Origin: Candidatus Nomurabacteria bacterium
Lineage (GTDB): Bacteria; Patescibacteriota; Minisyncoccia; Phycocordibacterales; UBA9973
NCBI GenBank assembly: GCA_023267195.1
Contig: JAHFNT010000004.1
Coordinates: 64,603-128,602 of the forward strand
DNA length: 64,000 nt
Direction of reading: 5' to 3'
The notes beneath the pieces were generated by a model. The model was not told the DNA's origin and made no database searches. It saw only the letters and a list, made by a program, of their open reading frames with translations. Within the stretch, counting starts at the first letter, position 1; the number at the start of each line of letters is the position of its first letter. Below are positions 30,996-40,425 of the stretch, piece after piece. The translations under genes and the position numbers were made by a program.

Positions 30996-32291
30996 TTATT
31001 TTTTAAAAATTAATACATAATCTTTTGGAATAAAGCCTCCTCGACCAAATCTAGGTATTCGTAAATATCTATTTCTAATTATATAAGCAAATTCTAACTC
31101 TTTTGTATATCCTATTGTTTTTGCAATTTTTGAAATTATACTCGATGTATTTACATCAAACCCTCTTATTTTACTATTACCAACAACCATACAATAATGA
31201 CCTCCTTTTTGAAGACAGCTAAAAACGCTTTTTAGGTTTTCTTCCATTGCTCTAAAATACTCAAGGACAACCCAAGCTCTTTTTTTATCAATCAAATATA
31301 TATTATATAACACAGAATCAAGATCTTTGATTCCATATACAGGAATTTCTTTACCCACTTTTACTTTTTCTGAACCCACTTGGTGATTATAAAGCTCATC
31401 TAATTTTTTCTTATTAAAACCATCAAGCCAAAAATTTTCTAATTTCAACGACCTTACATAATCAAATGCATTTATATAGGGAGGCGATGTCATTGCTAGG
31501 TTAATCTTATTTAGATATAAAGACTTATCATCAATATTTCTCGCATCAAATCCAATTATTCTGGCTTCGGCTTTCGAAACTTTAGAAAATTGATCAATAG
31601 CACTTATATATTTCACTAAAGTTTTATAGAACTCATCAAAAACCACCATATGGTCCTTCTTTATTCTAGTTGATATGTAAGGTTTAGGTGATTGATTATC
31701 TGCCTTAGAGACTTTTCTTATAATTGATACTAAAACAATCTCTAAAAAGTTTTTTACTTTTTTATTTTTGTATTTAAAATAATTTGATTGAATTAAATAT
31801 CGAATAAGTGCTAAATCATTTATTGTAACTTCGGAAAACCAGTATTCAATAAGATCTCTTTCGGGAATACATTTTTCTATCTTATTTTTTAACTTGAGTG
31901 GATTTTTTATTGAATTTTTATAGTCAACAATGAATTGATCAATTATAAAAAGTTCTTTTTTTAACAATGGTGTCGTTTTAACACTACTTAAAAGCTTACT
32001 TAATGGATCAATATCCACACCATAACTTGGATATCCTAATAATACTGCTTCAACTAGTGTCGTTCCAGATCCCATAAAAGGGTCCAGTATTCCATATTTT
32101 TTTGTATTTTCTGATGCATAGTTTTCTATAAACCATCTAGGAATGTGAGGTATAAACTTACACGGATATTTAAAAATTCCATGGGTAAAATCTGATATAC
32201 CAACAGCTTTTATTAAAAATACATCCCCACTGTTTGGCTTAGATGGTATTTGTGTTACCTCTATAATTTTTTCTTGGTTATCTTTGCCCAT
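30996..32291 (-). CDS. DNA amino-methyltransferase (N4-cytosine or N6-adenine). Motif I DPFMGSGTT is followed after ~190 aa by motif IV SPPY.
   Basis: DPFMGSGTTLVEA (AdoMet binding) and MTSPPYINAFDY (catalytic). The order I...TRD...IV suggests an alpha-class enzyme, and SPPY favours m4C. Confidence 0.7.
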   Translation of the reverse strand: MGKDNQEKIIEVTQIPSKPNSGDVFLIKAVGISDFTHGIFKYPCKFIPHIPRWFIENYASENTKKYGILDPFMGSGTTLVEAVLLGYPSYGVDIDPLSKLLSSVKTTPLLKKELFIIDQFIVDYKNSIKNPLKLKNKIEKCIPERDLIEYWFSEVTINDLALIRYLIQSNYFKYKNKKVKNFLEIVLVSIIRKVSKADNQSPKPYISTRIKKDHMVVFDEFYKTLVKYISAIDQFSKVSKAEARIIGFDARNIDDKSLYLNKINLAMTSPPYINAFDYVRSLKLENFWLDGFNKKKLDELYNHQVGSEKVKVGKEIPVYGIKDLDSVLYNIYLIDKKRAWVVLEYFRAMEENLKSVFSCLQKGGHYCMVVGNSKIRGFDVNTSSIISKIAKTIGYTKELEFAYIIRNRYLRIPRFGRGGFIPKDYVLIFKK

Positions 32292-32292
32292 T

Positions 32293-33645
32293 TTATTTCT
32301 TCTCTAAATAGATAATACTTTCTCTTAAATATTTGCCGTATTTTTTGGTTTCTTCGTACTGCTGAGAACTAGTTATAATATTACGAGCAACATTTATAGA
32401 TGATACATTAAAACCAAGATGTTTAGCGAATTTCGCTAATAATAAGTCGGTTGGAACAACTATTCCACCATATGCAGAATTACTCACAATAATTACACAA
32501 AAACCTTTTTTCTTTAATGCTTGATATATTTCTGTAAGAGAATGAAACATATCATTAAAATAGGCTTCTACCATTTTTGGTATTCTTTTATCCCAAAGTT
32601 CTTTCTGGGAAAGTTCCGTTACAAGTGTTCCTAACTCTGGTACACTTTTTACTGCAATTTTTGATTCTATCTCATAACCATTCAAATGAGATCTGATGCC
32701 TCTTTTTCTTAGGATTTTTAAATCTGAATATTCTTTCACAAAAGATCCCATCCAGAGTTCTACTTTATATATTTCTGTATAATCAAAACAGTTAGCATAT
32801 GGTGGAGAAAATATAACTCCTTTTACTGAATTCTTCTTTGTGTATTTGTTTAAATTAAAACAGGTGTCTTCTATTACGGAAGTACTTACTTGATTGGATA
32901 TATTAATGGCAAATTCTAAATCCTCACCGATTTTTTTTAATGCGTTAAAAAATATTTTCTTTACATACTCCTTATCTCTAATTGTTTTCTTTATCGTCTT
33001 ACGAATTTTTAATCCGTTACCAGCTTTTCTATAGTTTGATGATTCTTCAAGAATTCCTAACCACGCTAACATTATTAAATCAGCAACCCTCTTATTTTTT
33101 ATTTGCTTAATTTCTTCTTTAATTGTTAAAAGATAAAATAACGCATCTTTTTTAAAAAGTTGTTCAATTGTTGAAAGTTTAGGAATATCAATATTTTGTT
33201 TTTTCTTTATATTGTGAAGCTCAGAAACATTTTCGTAAAAAGAAATCATGTCCTGTTTTTTGTAGTCTTGAGTCTTTACCTTTGCTAAAAATGCAGAAAA
33301 GGGATTTATCTCAAATCCGATACTATTACATTTATTTATTTTTGCTTGCAAAAGAGTACTTCCACTACCACAAAATGGATCGACGATTAAATCACCATCC
33401 TTAACATTGTATTTAGTAAGAATTTTGTCAACTAATTTAATTGAGTAGCCTTCTTTATATCTATACCATCTTTGTATGGGAAGGTTTAAGTCAGAGGCAT
33501 AATTAACAAGACTCTTGTATGTTGTAGAGTTTGTCTTCGGATAATCTACTTTAAATTCTTTTTCTAAAGTGACTAAAAATTTATCATTAAAATTCGGCAT
33601 GTAAAGTACATTCATTTTAGCATTTATTTTACAAATTCTAAACAT
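32293..33645 (-). CDS. DNA amino-methyltransferase, paralogous architecture (motif I DPFCGSGST, motif IV SPPY)
   Basis: DPFCGSGSTLLQA and IFSPPYANCFDY. 1-nt gap to the downstream MTase. Start may be Met11. Confidence 0.7.
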   Translation of the reverse strand: MFRICKINAKMNVLYMPNFNDKFLVTLEKEFKVDYPKTNSTTYKSLVNYASDLNLPIQRWYRYKEGYSIKLVDKILTKYNVKDGDLIVDPFCGSGSTLLQAKINKCNSIGFEINPFSAFLAKVKTQDYKKQDMISFYENVSELHNIKKKQNIDIPKLSTIEQLFKKDALFYLLTIKEEIKQIKNKRVADLIMLAWLGILEESSNYRKAGNGLKIRKTIKKTIRDKEYVKKIFFNALKKIGEDLEFAINISNQVSTSVIEDTCFNLNKYTKKNSVKGVIFSPPYANCFDYTEIYKVELWMGSFVKEYSDLKILRKRGIRSHLNGYEIESKIAVKSVPELGTLVTELSQKELWDKRIPKMVEAYFNDMFHSLTEIYQALKKKGFCVIIVSNSAYGGIVVPTDLLLAKFAKHLGFNVSSINVARNIITSSQQYEETKKYGKYLRESIIYLEKK

Positions 33646-33714
33646 TATCTAATTTTTTACTACAAAATACGACTTTTGGGTTACTTTTTGGCCTTTTTAT
33701 GTGATAATTAGCTT

Positions 33715-35493
33715 ATGAAAATTCAGAGAGTCAAAATCCATAACTGGAGGTCAATAAAAAACATAGACATCTCTTTTGAGAATCTTATGGTTTTTATAGG
33801 CCAGAATAACCACGGGAAATCTAATATTCTTTCAGCCTTGCTCTTTTTCTTCGGTGTAAACAATTGCGTAGAGTTAGATTTTAACAAAGGAGAAGATCAG
33901 ATATTTATTGAGGTAACTTTTATTGATTTAGATGACCACGATAAGGCCCAATTTGCTAAGTATCTTACAAGTGAAAGTTCTATAACTGTAAGAAAACAAA
34001 TAAATAAGGGAGAGTCTTTTGAGTATCACGGTTACTGTCAGATTCCAGGAGAAGATTGGCTAAAAGAAGAGAATATTTCCAACTATGCAACCAGAGAAGC
34101 AATAAACAATACTCCACTAAGTTCACTGGTCCCTTCAACTGGACGGTTAACAAAAGAAATTATTAAGCAAGCGCAACAAGACTATATACAAAAAAATAAT
34201 AGCTCAATAAAATTTTCATATAACTTAGAAGCAACAAATTTTTTAGGATTAAAAAGTGTTGCCCAGGGTATTTTTGGGGAAGTATTTTTTGTTCCTGCAG
34301 TGAAAAATGCAGGTGAAGAGTTCAACATGAAAGGTAAATCTGTATTTAACCAGTTGCTGACAAATGTGATTAACGATATGTCAATCTCAAATCCAGAATA
34401 TATAGAAGTTAAAAAGAAAGTTAGAGAGCTAACACAAATACTTAATAAAAATATTGAAGATGGTTCTCTGAATAATAATAGACCAGAACAAATATCAAAA
34501 TTAGAGAAATTACTTGAGGCAGAATTAGCTAGTTGGAATACTACAATTGATATAGAAATAACTCCACCAGATGTAGATGAAGTATTAAGAGTTGGTACCA
34601 ATGTATGGTTAAATGATGGAGTTCCAACCGATGTAAATCGTAAGGGTAATGGATTACAGAGATCCTTAATCTTTGCACTCATAAAGGCTTGGGCAAAGAT
34701 ATCTCAAGAAGAAAGAAATAAACAAGAAGAACAAGAGGAAGGAGGTACTGCTCGCAAAGCCTCAAAATCAACATTTTTTATTTTTGAAGAACCAGAGTTA
34801 TATTTACATCCTCAGGCACAGCGAGAACTTTATTCTTCACTTAAAAAACTTTCAGAAAATGACAACCAAGTTCTAATTACTACACATTCAAGTTCTTTTA
34901 TTGATCTAGACTTATATAGATCCATTTGCATAGTTTATAAAAATGATATCAAGGAAGGGACCAAGCATTTACAATGTACATCAGATCTATTCAATTCAGT
35001 TGATGACAAGAAAAAGTTTAATATGACTTATTGGATTAATCCAGACAGAGGAGAATTATTTTTTGCTAAGAAGATAATATTAGTTGAAGGTCCCACTGAT
35101 AAGACTGTCGTACCATATTTAGCAAAAAAATTGGATGTGTTTCGCTATGATTACAGTGTCATAGATTGTGGAGGAAAAACCAACATTCAAATTTATATAC
35201 ATTTGTTAAATAATTTTAAATTAAAATATATTGCAGTATATGACAAAGATCATCAAAGTTATAAAACTCCTGATGCTATAGCTTCTGCAGACATAGCCTC
35301 AAAATCAATTGAAGACAATATAAATTCTTCTTACGGAGCATCTATAATTTTAGAAAATGACATAGAAGAAGAGATAGGTATTACTGATGAAAATAACAAA
35401 AATAAACCATATGTTGCCCTCGAACACATTTCAGACACTTCTTTTGTGTTAAGCTCAAGCCTAGAAGAAAAGATTAAAAAAATATTTTTGTAA
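33715..35493 (+). CDS. OLD-family ATP-dependent nuclease: N-terminal ABC ATPase plus C-terminal Toprim (GajA/class-1 OLD-like)
   Basis: N-terminus IHNWRSIKNIDISF..FIGQNNHGKSNILSAL (AAA_15/21 type). Walker B/D-loop FIFEEPELYLHP. C-terminal Toprim ILVEGPTDKTV...IDCGGK...YDKD. Confidence 0.7.
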   Translation: MKIQRVKIHNWRSIKNIDISFENLMVFIGQNNHGKSNILSALLFFFGVNNCVELDFNKGEDQIFIEVTFIDLDDHDKAQFAKYLTSESSITVRKQINKGESFEYHGYCQIPGEDWLKEENISNYATREAINNTPLSSLVPSTGRLTKEIIKQAQQDYIQKNNSSIKFSYNLEATNFLGLKSVAQGIFGEVFFVPAVKNAGEEFNMKGKSVFNQLLTNVINDMSISNPEYIEVKKKVRELTQILNKNIEDGSLNNNRPEQISKLEKLLEAELASWNTTIDIEITPPDVDEVLRVGTNVWLNDGVPTDVNRKGNGLQRSLIFALIKAWAKISQEERNKQEEQEEGGTARKASKSTFFIFEEPELYLHPQAQRELYSSLKKLSENDNQVLITTHSSSFIDLDLYRSICIVYKNDIKEGTKHLQCTSDLFNSVDDKKKFNMTYWINPDRGELFFAKKIILVEGPTDKTVVPYLAKKLDVFRYDYSVIDCGGKTNIQIYIHLLNNFKLKYIAVYDKDHQSYKTPDAIASADIASKSIEDNINSSYGASIILENDIEEEIGITDENNKNKPYVALEHISDTSFVLSSSLEEKIKKIFL

Positions 35494-35861
35494 ATTGAGT
35501 ATGATATCTCTGCAAGAATTTAAGGATGCTCTGGGTGATGAGGCGACAAAACTTACTGAGGAAGAAATACTTAAGCTAAGAGACAATATGGATAAGATGG
35601 CTGACATCTTTTTTACTATGTGGCTGGAAGAAAGAAAGAAGTAAATCAATAGTATTATTGATAATTTAGCGGAAAATCTGCTATTATGAGTTAGTCGAAT
35701 TTTATTATCAAATTAACATGCTTGCGTGTAGTTTTAGATGGTTATTTATGCTCGTTTTTGGCTAAAGAGGTAGGTCATCAAAAACGGGTAGATTTTCACT
35801 TTTTGGGTCCTAAAATCTGAGCAAATCGGATTTAACCCTTGATTTACAAGACTTAATAAAA

Positions 35862-35950
35862 GGAGCCGTGTCAGAGCGGTCTAACGTACCTCTTTGCTAA
35901 AGAGGCAGGGGCTTTAAAACCCCTCGGCGGTTCGAATCCGCCCGGCTCCG
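35862..35950 (+). tRNA. tRNA-Ser (anticodon GCU). Long variable arm, G73, CCA not encoded. This is the integration target of the island.
   Basis: Acceptor GGAGCCG/CGGCTCC, anticodon stem CCTCT/AGAGG with loop TTGCTAA, variable arm GGGGCTTTAAAACCCC, T arm GGCGG-TTCGAAT-CCGCC. Confidence 0.8.
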
Positions 35951-35988
35951 CAAATAAGTTTTGTTATAATAACTTACATAAAACCAAA

Positions 35989-37008
35989 ATGGATAAAGGA
36001 CCAAAAATAAGAATAGTTGGTGGAACTTCCGAAGAGAAAAAAGCAGAAACACGACAAAGGATAAGGAGTAACCTTTTTAATCATCTTGCGTCCATGCCTG
36101 AAAACGAAAGAGGAGATTTTGAAAAATTTGAATATGCTAAATATCCAATAGAAATTGAAATGATTCATTTAGCCAACGAAGAAACTTCCCACCTAATGCA
36201 AGAAGCTGGAATGGAACCTTATGATGTGCCAGTGGAAAATATTCATATAATTCCTCCAGAGCTTTATGAAAAAATAACTGGAACCAAGAAAGCTGGAAGA
36301 ACTAATAGAGTTAAAGAAGTCATAATTCTAAATTCTGCATATTTAGATAGTCCCGTAGCTTTCTACTCCCATATTGTACATGAATTATTGCACCTGAAAG
36401 CTCACTTATCCATCGAAGTTCAAGAAACAGGGGGCGTTCATACAGATGAAACAGTGTATCGTAAAGGTGTAACGGTTTTAGCATCACAACATAGAGAAAG
36501 AAAAGTAGGGTTTCATAAATATCTTGAAGGACTACATGAAGCCATTGTAGCGGAAACAGAAAAAAGATTAGTACTAAAACTACTTGATCAATCTCCACTC
36601 AAGAAAGAAAAAGAGTGGCAATCTTCTGAAGAGGCGGTAAAATTAAAAAAGCAAATTGCAAAAGAAAGTGGTGTATCTGAAGAAGATATTATTTGGATTG
36701 ATGCAGAGGACAAAACCAAATTTGAGATAGGAAGTTATAACTCACAGAGGAAAGTACTAAACTTTGTTTGTACTGAGATATACAAAAAATTTGGAGAGCA
36801 ATTCAAAAGTGTAGATGATGTATATAAATTATTTTTAAATGTAAATTTCACTGGACAACTTTTGCCAATTGCTCGCCTTATCGAAAAAACTTTTGGAAAA
36901 GGAAGCTTTAGATTGTTGGGTAATATGGGCACAGACAAAGAAAGCGGGGTCTGGTGTTTGGAATTGCTAAAGGAGACACGTACACATCAGACAACAGCAA
37001 TGATCTAG
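35989..37008 (+). CDS. Hypothetical protein with HExxH motif (putative zinc-dependent peptidase)
   Basis: 339 aa. HELLH within SHIVHELLHLKAH. Confidence 0.4.
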   Translation: MDKGPKIRIVGGTSEEKKAETRQRIRSNLFNHLASMPENERGDFEKFEYAKYPIEIEMIHLANEETSHLMQEAGMEPYDVPVENIHIIPPELYEKITGTKKAGRTNRVKEVIILNSAYLDSPVAFYSHIVHELLHLKAHLSIEVQETGGVHTDETVYRKGVTVLASQHRERKVGFHKYLEGLHEAIVAETEKRLVLKLLDQSPLKKEKEWQSSEEAVKLKKQIAKESGVSEEDIIWIDAEDKTKFEIGSYNSQRKVLNFVCTEIYKKFGEQFKSVDDVYKLFLNVNFTGQLLPIARLIEKTFGKGSFRLLGNMGTDKESGVWCLELLKETRTHQTTAMI

Positions 37009-37012
37009 AAAT

Positions 37013-37372
37013 CTATTTCGCTTTCCTTTTAAGATTCTTGATTGTCTTTTTAGATACTTTTTCTATTCCCTTCCATTCTCCTTTTAGTTTCTTCGCGAAT
37101 TTTTCTATATCTTTCTCGTGCAGTTTGTATTGCTTCACATAATTCTTGGACACAGCATCTACAGCTTTATGATAAAGAGGAGCGGTAATTTTTTCTGCTT
37201 TTTTTATTTCACTGGTTACTTCTTTCTTCATCTTGCCAAAGAGCGCTTCAGCTTTCTTCTGATGTGCTTTACTTTTTGGGCCAAGAAGATAATAAGCTCC
37301 GGCACTAACAGCGGCCAATCCCGCGGCTACTCCCATCATTTTACCCCCAGACATTTTTTTATTTTTAACCAT
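37013..37372 (-). CDS. YtxH-like (DUF948) Lys-rich membrane-associated protein
   Basis: N-terminal GVAAGLAAVSAGAYYLLGPKSK followed by a K/E-rich helix. Confidence 0.45.
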   Translation of the reverse strand: MVKNKKMSGGKMMGVAAGLAAVSAGAYYLLGPKSKAHQKKAEALFGKMKKEVTSEIKKAEKITAPLYHKAVDAVSKNYVKQYKLHEKDIEKFAKKLKGEWKGIEKVSKKTIKNLKRKAK

Positions 37373-37393
37373 AAAATTATTTAATTAAAATTT

Positions 37394-37663
37394 TTAATCT
37401 TGTTTATTTTTTCTATTTTTGCGCGATAAAAAATGAAACAAAGTACTATCTCTTAATTCTCCAAGCAATTCTTTAGTGGTGTCGCCAACTCTATTTATGT
37501 TGTCTTCAATTTTATCGAGAATGTGCGAAAATACGCTTGTAATTCGAATAATATAAAATAAGGCAACGGCAACCAAAATCCATAAAAGCACGAACCCAAC
37601 CGAAGATATAACAAAAAAAACTTGTGATGCTTGCATGGTTGAATTGTAGCATAAAATGATCAA
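37394..37663 (-). CDS. Small membrane protein, hypothetical
   Basis: 89 aa with one transmembrane segment (VFFVISSVGFVLLWILVAVALFYII). Confidence 0.35.
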   Translation of the reverse strand: MIILCYNSTMQASQVFFVISSVGFVLLWILVAVALFYIIRITSVFSHILDKIEDNINRVGDTTKELLGELRDSTLFHFLSRKNRKNKQD

Positions 37664-37681
37664 AAACCATATAATGCAAAT

Positions 37682-39844
37682 ATGGAGTTGCGTGAGAGTG
37701 TTGAATTAAAATTCCGACTGGATACCAACCAAAAAAAGGCTTTAAGTAGGCTCAGACTTTTCTCAATCGCGGATCTGCTTTTTCACTTCCCTGTTCGGTA
37801 CAGCGATATCAGCCAAGTAAAAAATATTACAGAACTTGTACCGGGAGACGTGGCCACCGTTTATGGCAAAGTTTCAAAATTAAAAACCAAAAAATCATTT
37901 CACACAAAAACCCCGATGGCTGAAGGTGAGATCGAAGATTTATCTGGAAAAATAAAAATCACTTGGTTCAATCAAGCCTATTTGGCCAAAATGCTGCATG
38001 AAGGCGAGAGTGTAAAATTAACCGGAAAAATAACCCAAGGCAAAAACGGACTATATCTAGCCAACCCAGAATTTGAAAAAATTCCTGGTATGCCGATAGA
38101 TACGCACGAGACCCTTTTCAATAAAACCAATATCTCCAATACCGGTTTTTCCTATCCTATTTACAACGAAACTCGTGGCATTACCTCAAAATGGTTTTAT
38201 CACGCAATAGAGAAAATTTTTAATGAAAAAACTCTAGATCTGATCGAGGATTATATCCCAGCCGAAATTTTAAAAAAATATCATTTGCCTACCTTAAAAA
38301 CAGCTCTTATTTGGATACACAAACCCAAAAATAAAAATGATGCGGAGTCAGCGCGTAAAAGATTCGCTTTTGAAGAAGTCTTTTGCATTCAACTCGAACG
38401 CCAGCATGACAAATTTGAATATCGTAAAAACAAATCTTTCCAGATCAAATCCAAAGAAATAGAAGTACAAGAATTTTTAGACAGATTTCCTTTTGAGGCC
38501 ACAAATTCACAAATCAAATCCATAGAAACAATCTTGGAAGATCTGGCGAAAAGCTTTCCAATGTCTCGTTTGTTAGAAGGTGATGTCGGATCTGGTAAAA
38601 CAGCGGTCGCAGCTACGGCGAGTTATGTCGCTGTCAAACAACGTCCTACTGGCCAAAATTTCGGCAACCTGCAAGTAGCCTATATGGCGCCGACAGAAAT
38701 CTTGGCCACACAACACTTCGAATCTTTTATTCAATATTTTAAGCACTTACCGATAAATATCGGCCTCATCACCGGTAGCGGTTGTCGAAAATTTCCTTCT
38801 AAAATAAATCCGGACGGTTGGACGACAATCTCTCGTGCCCAGCTTTTAAAATGGGTCGGGAACGGGGAAATTCCGATATTAATTGGCACTCACACACTCA
38901 TTCAAAAAACAGTTAAATTTAAAAACTTAGCTTTAGTCGTAATCGATGAACAGCATCGCTTCGGCACTGCGCAAAGAAGAAAACTTGTTCGTAAAGACGG
39001 CGTTGCCCCGCACTTACTTTCGATGACTGCTACACCCATCCCCCGCACCCTGGCACTCACTATCTATGGCGACTTAGATTTATCTCTTCTCACAGAGATG
39101 CCGGCCGGCCGAAAACAAATCATTACGGAAATCATTACACCCAATAAGCGTGCAGAAACTTATGAAGCAATTAGGAAAGAATTGAAGGCCGGCCGGCAAC
39201 TCTATGTCATTTGCCCTAGAATTTTTGAGCCTGATAAAGATAAAGAACTCGCGCTCAATGTAAAGTCCGCCACAGAAGAAGCTAAGCGTTTGAAAAAAGA
39301 AGTCTTCCAAGAATATGAGATCGGCGTATTGCATAGCCAGATGAGCAAAGAAAAAAAAGAAGCAGTGATGCAAGAATTCACCGAAGGTAAAATAAATATT
39401 CTTTGCGCGACGTCGGTCGTCGAAGTCGGAGTCAATGTTCCAAATGCTACTATCATTATTATTGAAGGAGCTGAAAGATTTGGACTCGCTCAATTACACC
39501 AACTTCGTGGACGGGTTATTCGTAGCACACATCAAGCGTATTGTTATATTTTTGCTGAAGCGAAAAGCGAAAAAACAATTTCTAGATTAAAAGCATTAAA
39601 AACTGCGAAAAATGGTTTTGAGTTAGCTGAGCTGGATCTCGCGCTCCGCGGCGCCGGAGAACTCGGAGGCACGAAGCAATGGGGCATCACCGACCTCGGC
39701 ATGGAAGCCATCAAGAATATTAAAATGGTCGAAGCCGCTCGCACCGAAGCCGTACGCCTCATAGAAGAAGATCCAGAACTTACAAAGTATCCTCTTCTAA
39801 AACAGAAGGTACACCAAAAAACTTCTGAGTTTCATTTTGAATAA
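37682..39844 (+). CDS. recG: ATP-dependent DNA helicase RecG
   Basis: 720 aa. Wedge/OB N-terminus. Helicase motifs GDVGSGKTAVA, VVIDEQHRFG, LSMTATPIPRTL, TTIIIEGAERFGLAQLHQLRGRV. Confidence 0.9.
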   Translation: MELRESVELKFRLDTNQKKALSRLRLFSIADLLFHFPVRYSDISQVKNITELVPGDVATVYGKVSKLKTKKSFHTKTPMAEGEIEDLSGKIKITWFNQAYLAKMLHEGESVKLTGKITQGKNGLYLANPEFEKIPGMPIDTHETLFNKTNISNTGFSYPIYNETRGITSKWFYHAIEKIFNEKTLDLIEDYIPAEILKKYHLPTLKTALIWIHKPKNKNDAESARKRFAFEEVFCIQLERQHDKFEYRKNKSFQIKSKEIEVQEFLDRFPFEATNSQIKSIETILEDLAKSFPMSRLLEGDVGSGKTAVAATASYVAVKQRPTGQNFGNLQVAYMAPTEILATQHFESFIQYFKHLPINIGLITGSGCRKFPSKINPDGWTTISRAQLLKWVGNGEIPILIGTHTLIQKTVKFKNLALVVIDEQHRFGTAQRRKLVRKDGVAPHLLSMTATPIPRTLALTIYGDLDLSLLTEMPAGRKQIITEIITPNKRAETYEAIRKELKAGRQLYVICPRIFEPDKDKELALNVKSATEEAKRLKKEVFQEYEIGVLHSQMSKEKKEAVMQEFTEGKINILCATSVVEVGVNVPNATIIIIEGAERFGLAQLHQLRGRVIRSTHQAYCYIFAEAKSEKTISRLKALKTAKNGFELAELDLALRGAGELGGTKQWGITDLGMEAIKNIKMVEAARTEAVRLIEEDPELTKYPLLKQKVHQKTSEFHFE

Positions 39845-39846
39845 AA

Positions 39847-40404
39847 TTATTTATAATCCGGTTTGATTTCTTCCACGCCTTCAAGATAGCTAGAAATTCT
39901 AGCAAGTGCATAAAGCAAACTAGAAAGTCTGTTTAAATATTGTGAAGTCTCAGTAGAAATGGTCATCTTCCCTTCTTCTTTCACCGCGACGACCCGCCTT
40001 TCCGCTCGTCTAGCAAGGGTACGCGCAAAATCAAACATACCACCGAGTTCAGTCGCCCCGCTAATAAAGAAATTTTTGATGGGTGGCAACATTTTTTCAA
40101 TTTCATCGATCAGATATTCAACTTTGGCTATTTTTTCCGGAGCAATACTCATCGCCGAGCCAGCGACTTCCGCTTGCACAATAAATAAATTCTGTTGCAC
40201 AGCTAAAAGAACTTCTTCGTATTTTATTTCTTGATTTCCGATTTTAAAAGAAAGACCAGCAGTTTTAGCACGCACCAAACCCAAAAAAGAATTCGTCTCA
40301 TCAAGAGACCCTAACGCTTCCGCTACGATCGAGCTTTTAGAAATACGTTGATCACAGCCAAAAGTTTTGGTCGTGCCACCGTCCCCTTTTCTAGTGTAAA
40401 GCAT
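39847..40404 (-). CDS. ATP:cob(I)alamin adenosyltransferase, PduO-type
   Basis: MLYTRKGDGGTTKTFGCDQRISKSSIVAEALGSLDETNSFLG matches the PduO/MMAB N-terminal signature. Confidence 0.8.
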   Translation of the reverse strand: MLYTRKGDGGTTKTFGCDQRISKSSIVAEALGSLDETNSFLGLVRAKTAGLSFKIGNQEIKYEEVLLAVQQNLFIVQAEVAGSAMSIAPEKIAKVEYLIDEIEKMLPPIKNFFISGATELGGMFDFARTLARRAERRVVAVKEEGKMTISTETSQYLNRLSSLLYALARISSYLEGVEEIKPDYK

Positions 40405-40425
40405 GGTTATATTCTAGTCTTGTTT

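Larger units (their letters stand above)
23068..35950. mobile_element. Integrated genomic island / integrative element inserted into tRNA-Ser(GCU), ~12.9 kb. Carries an integrase, a RepA-like ATPase and R-M-like plus OLD-family defense cargo.
   Basis: Flanked by the tRNA 5'-half direct repeat. A tyrosine recombinase sits next to the left repeat. The interior looks more AT-rich than the flanks. All genes inside are accessory types. Confidence 0.75.
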
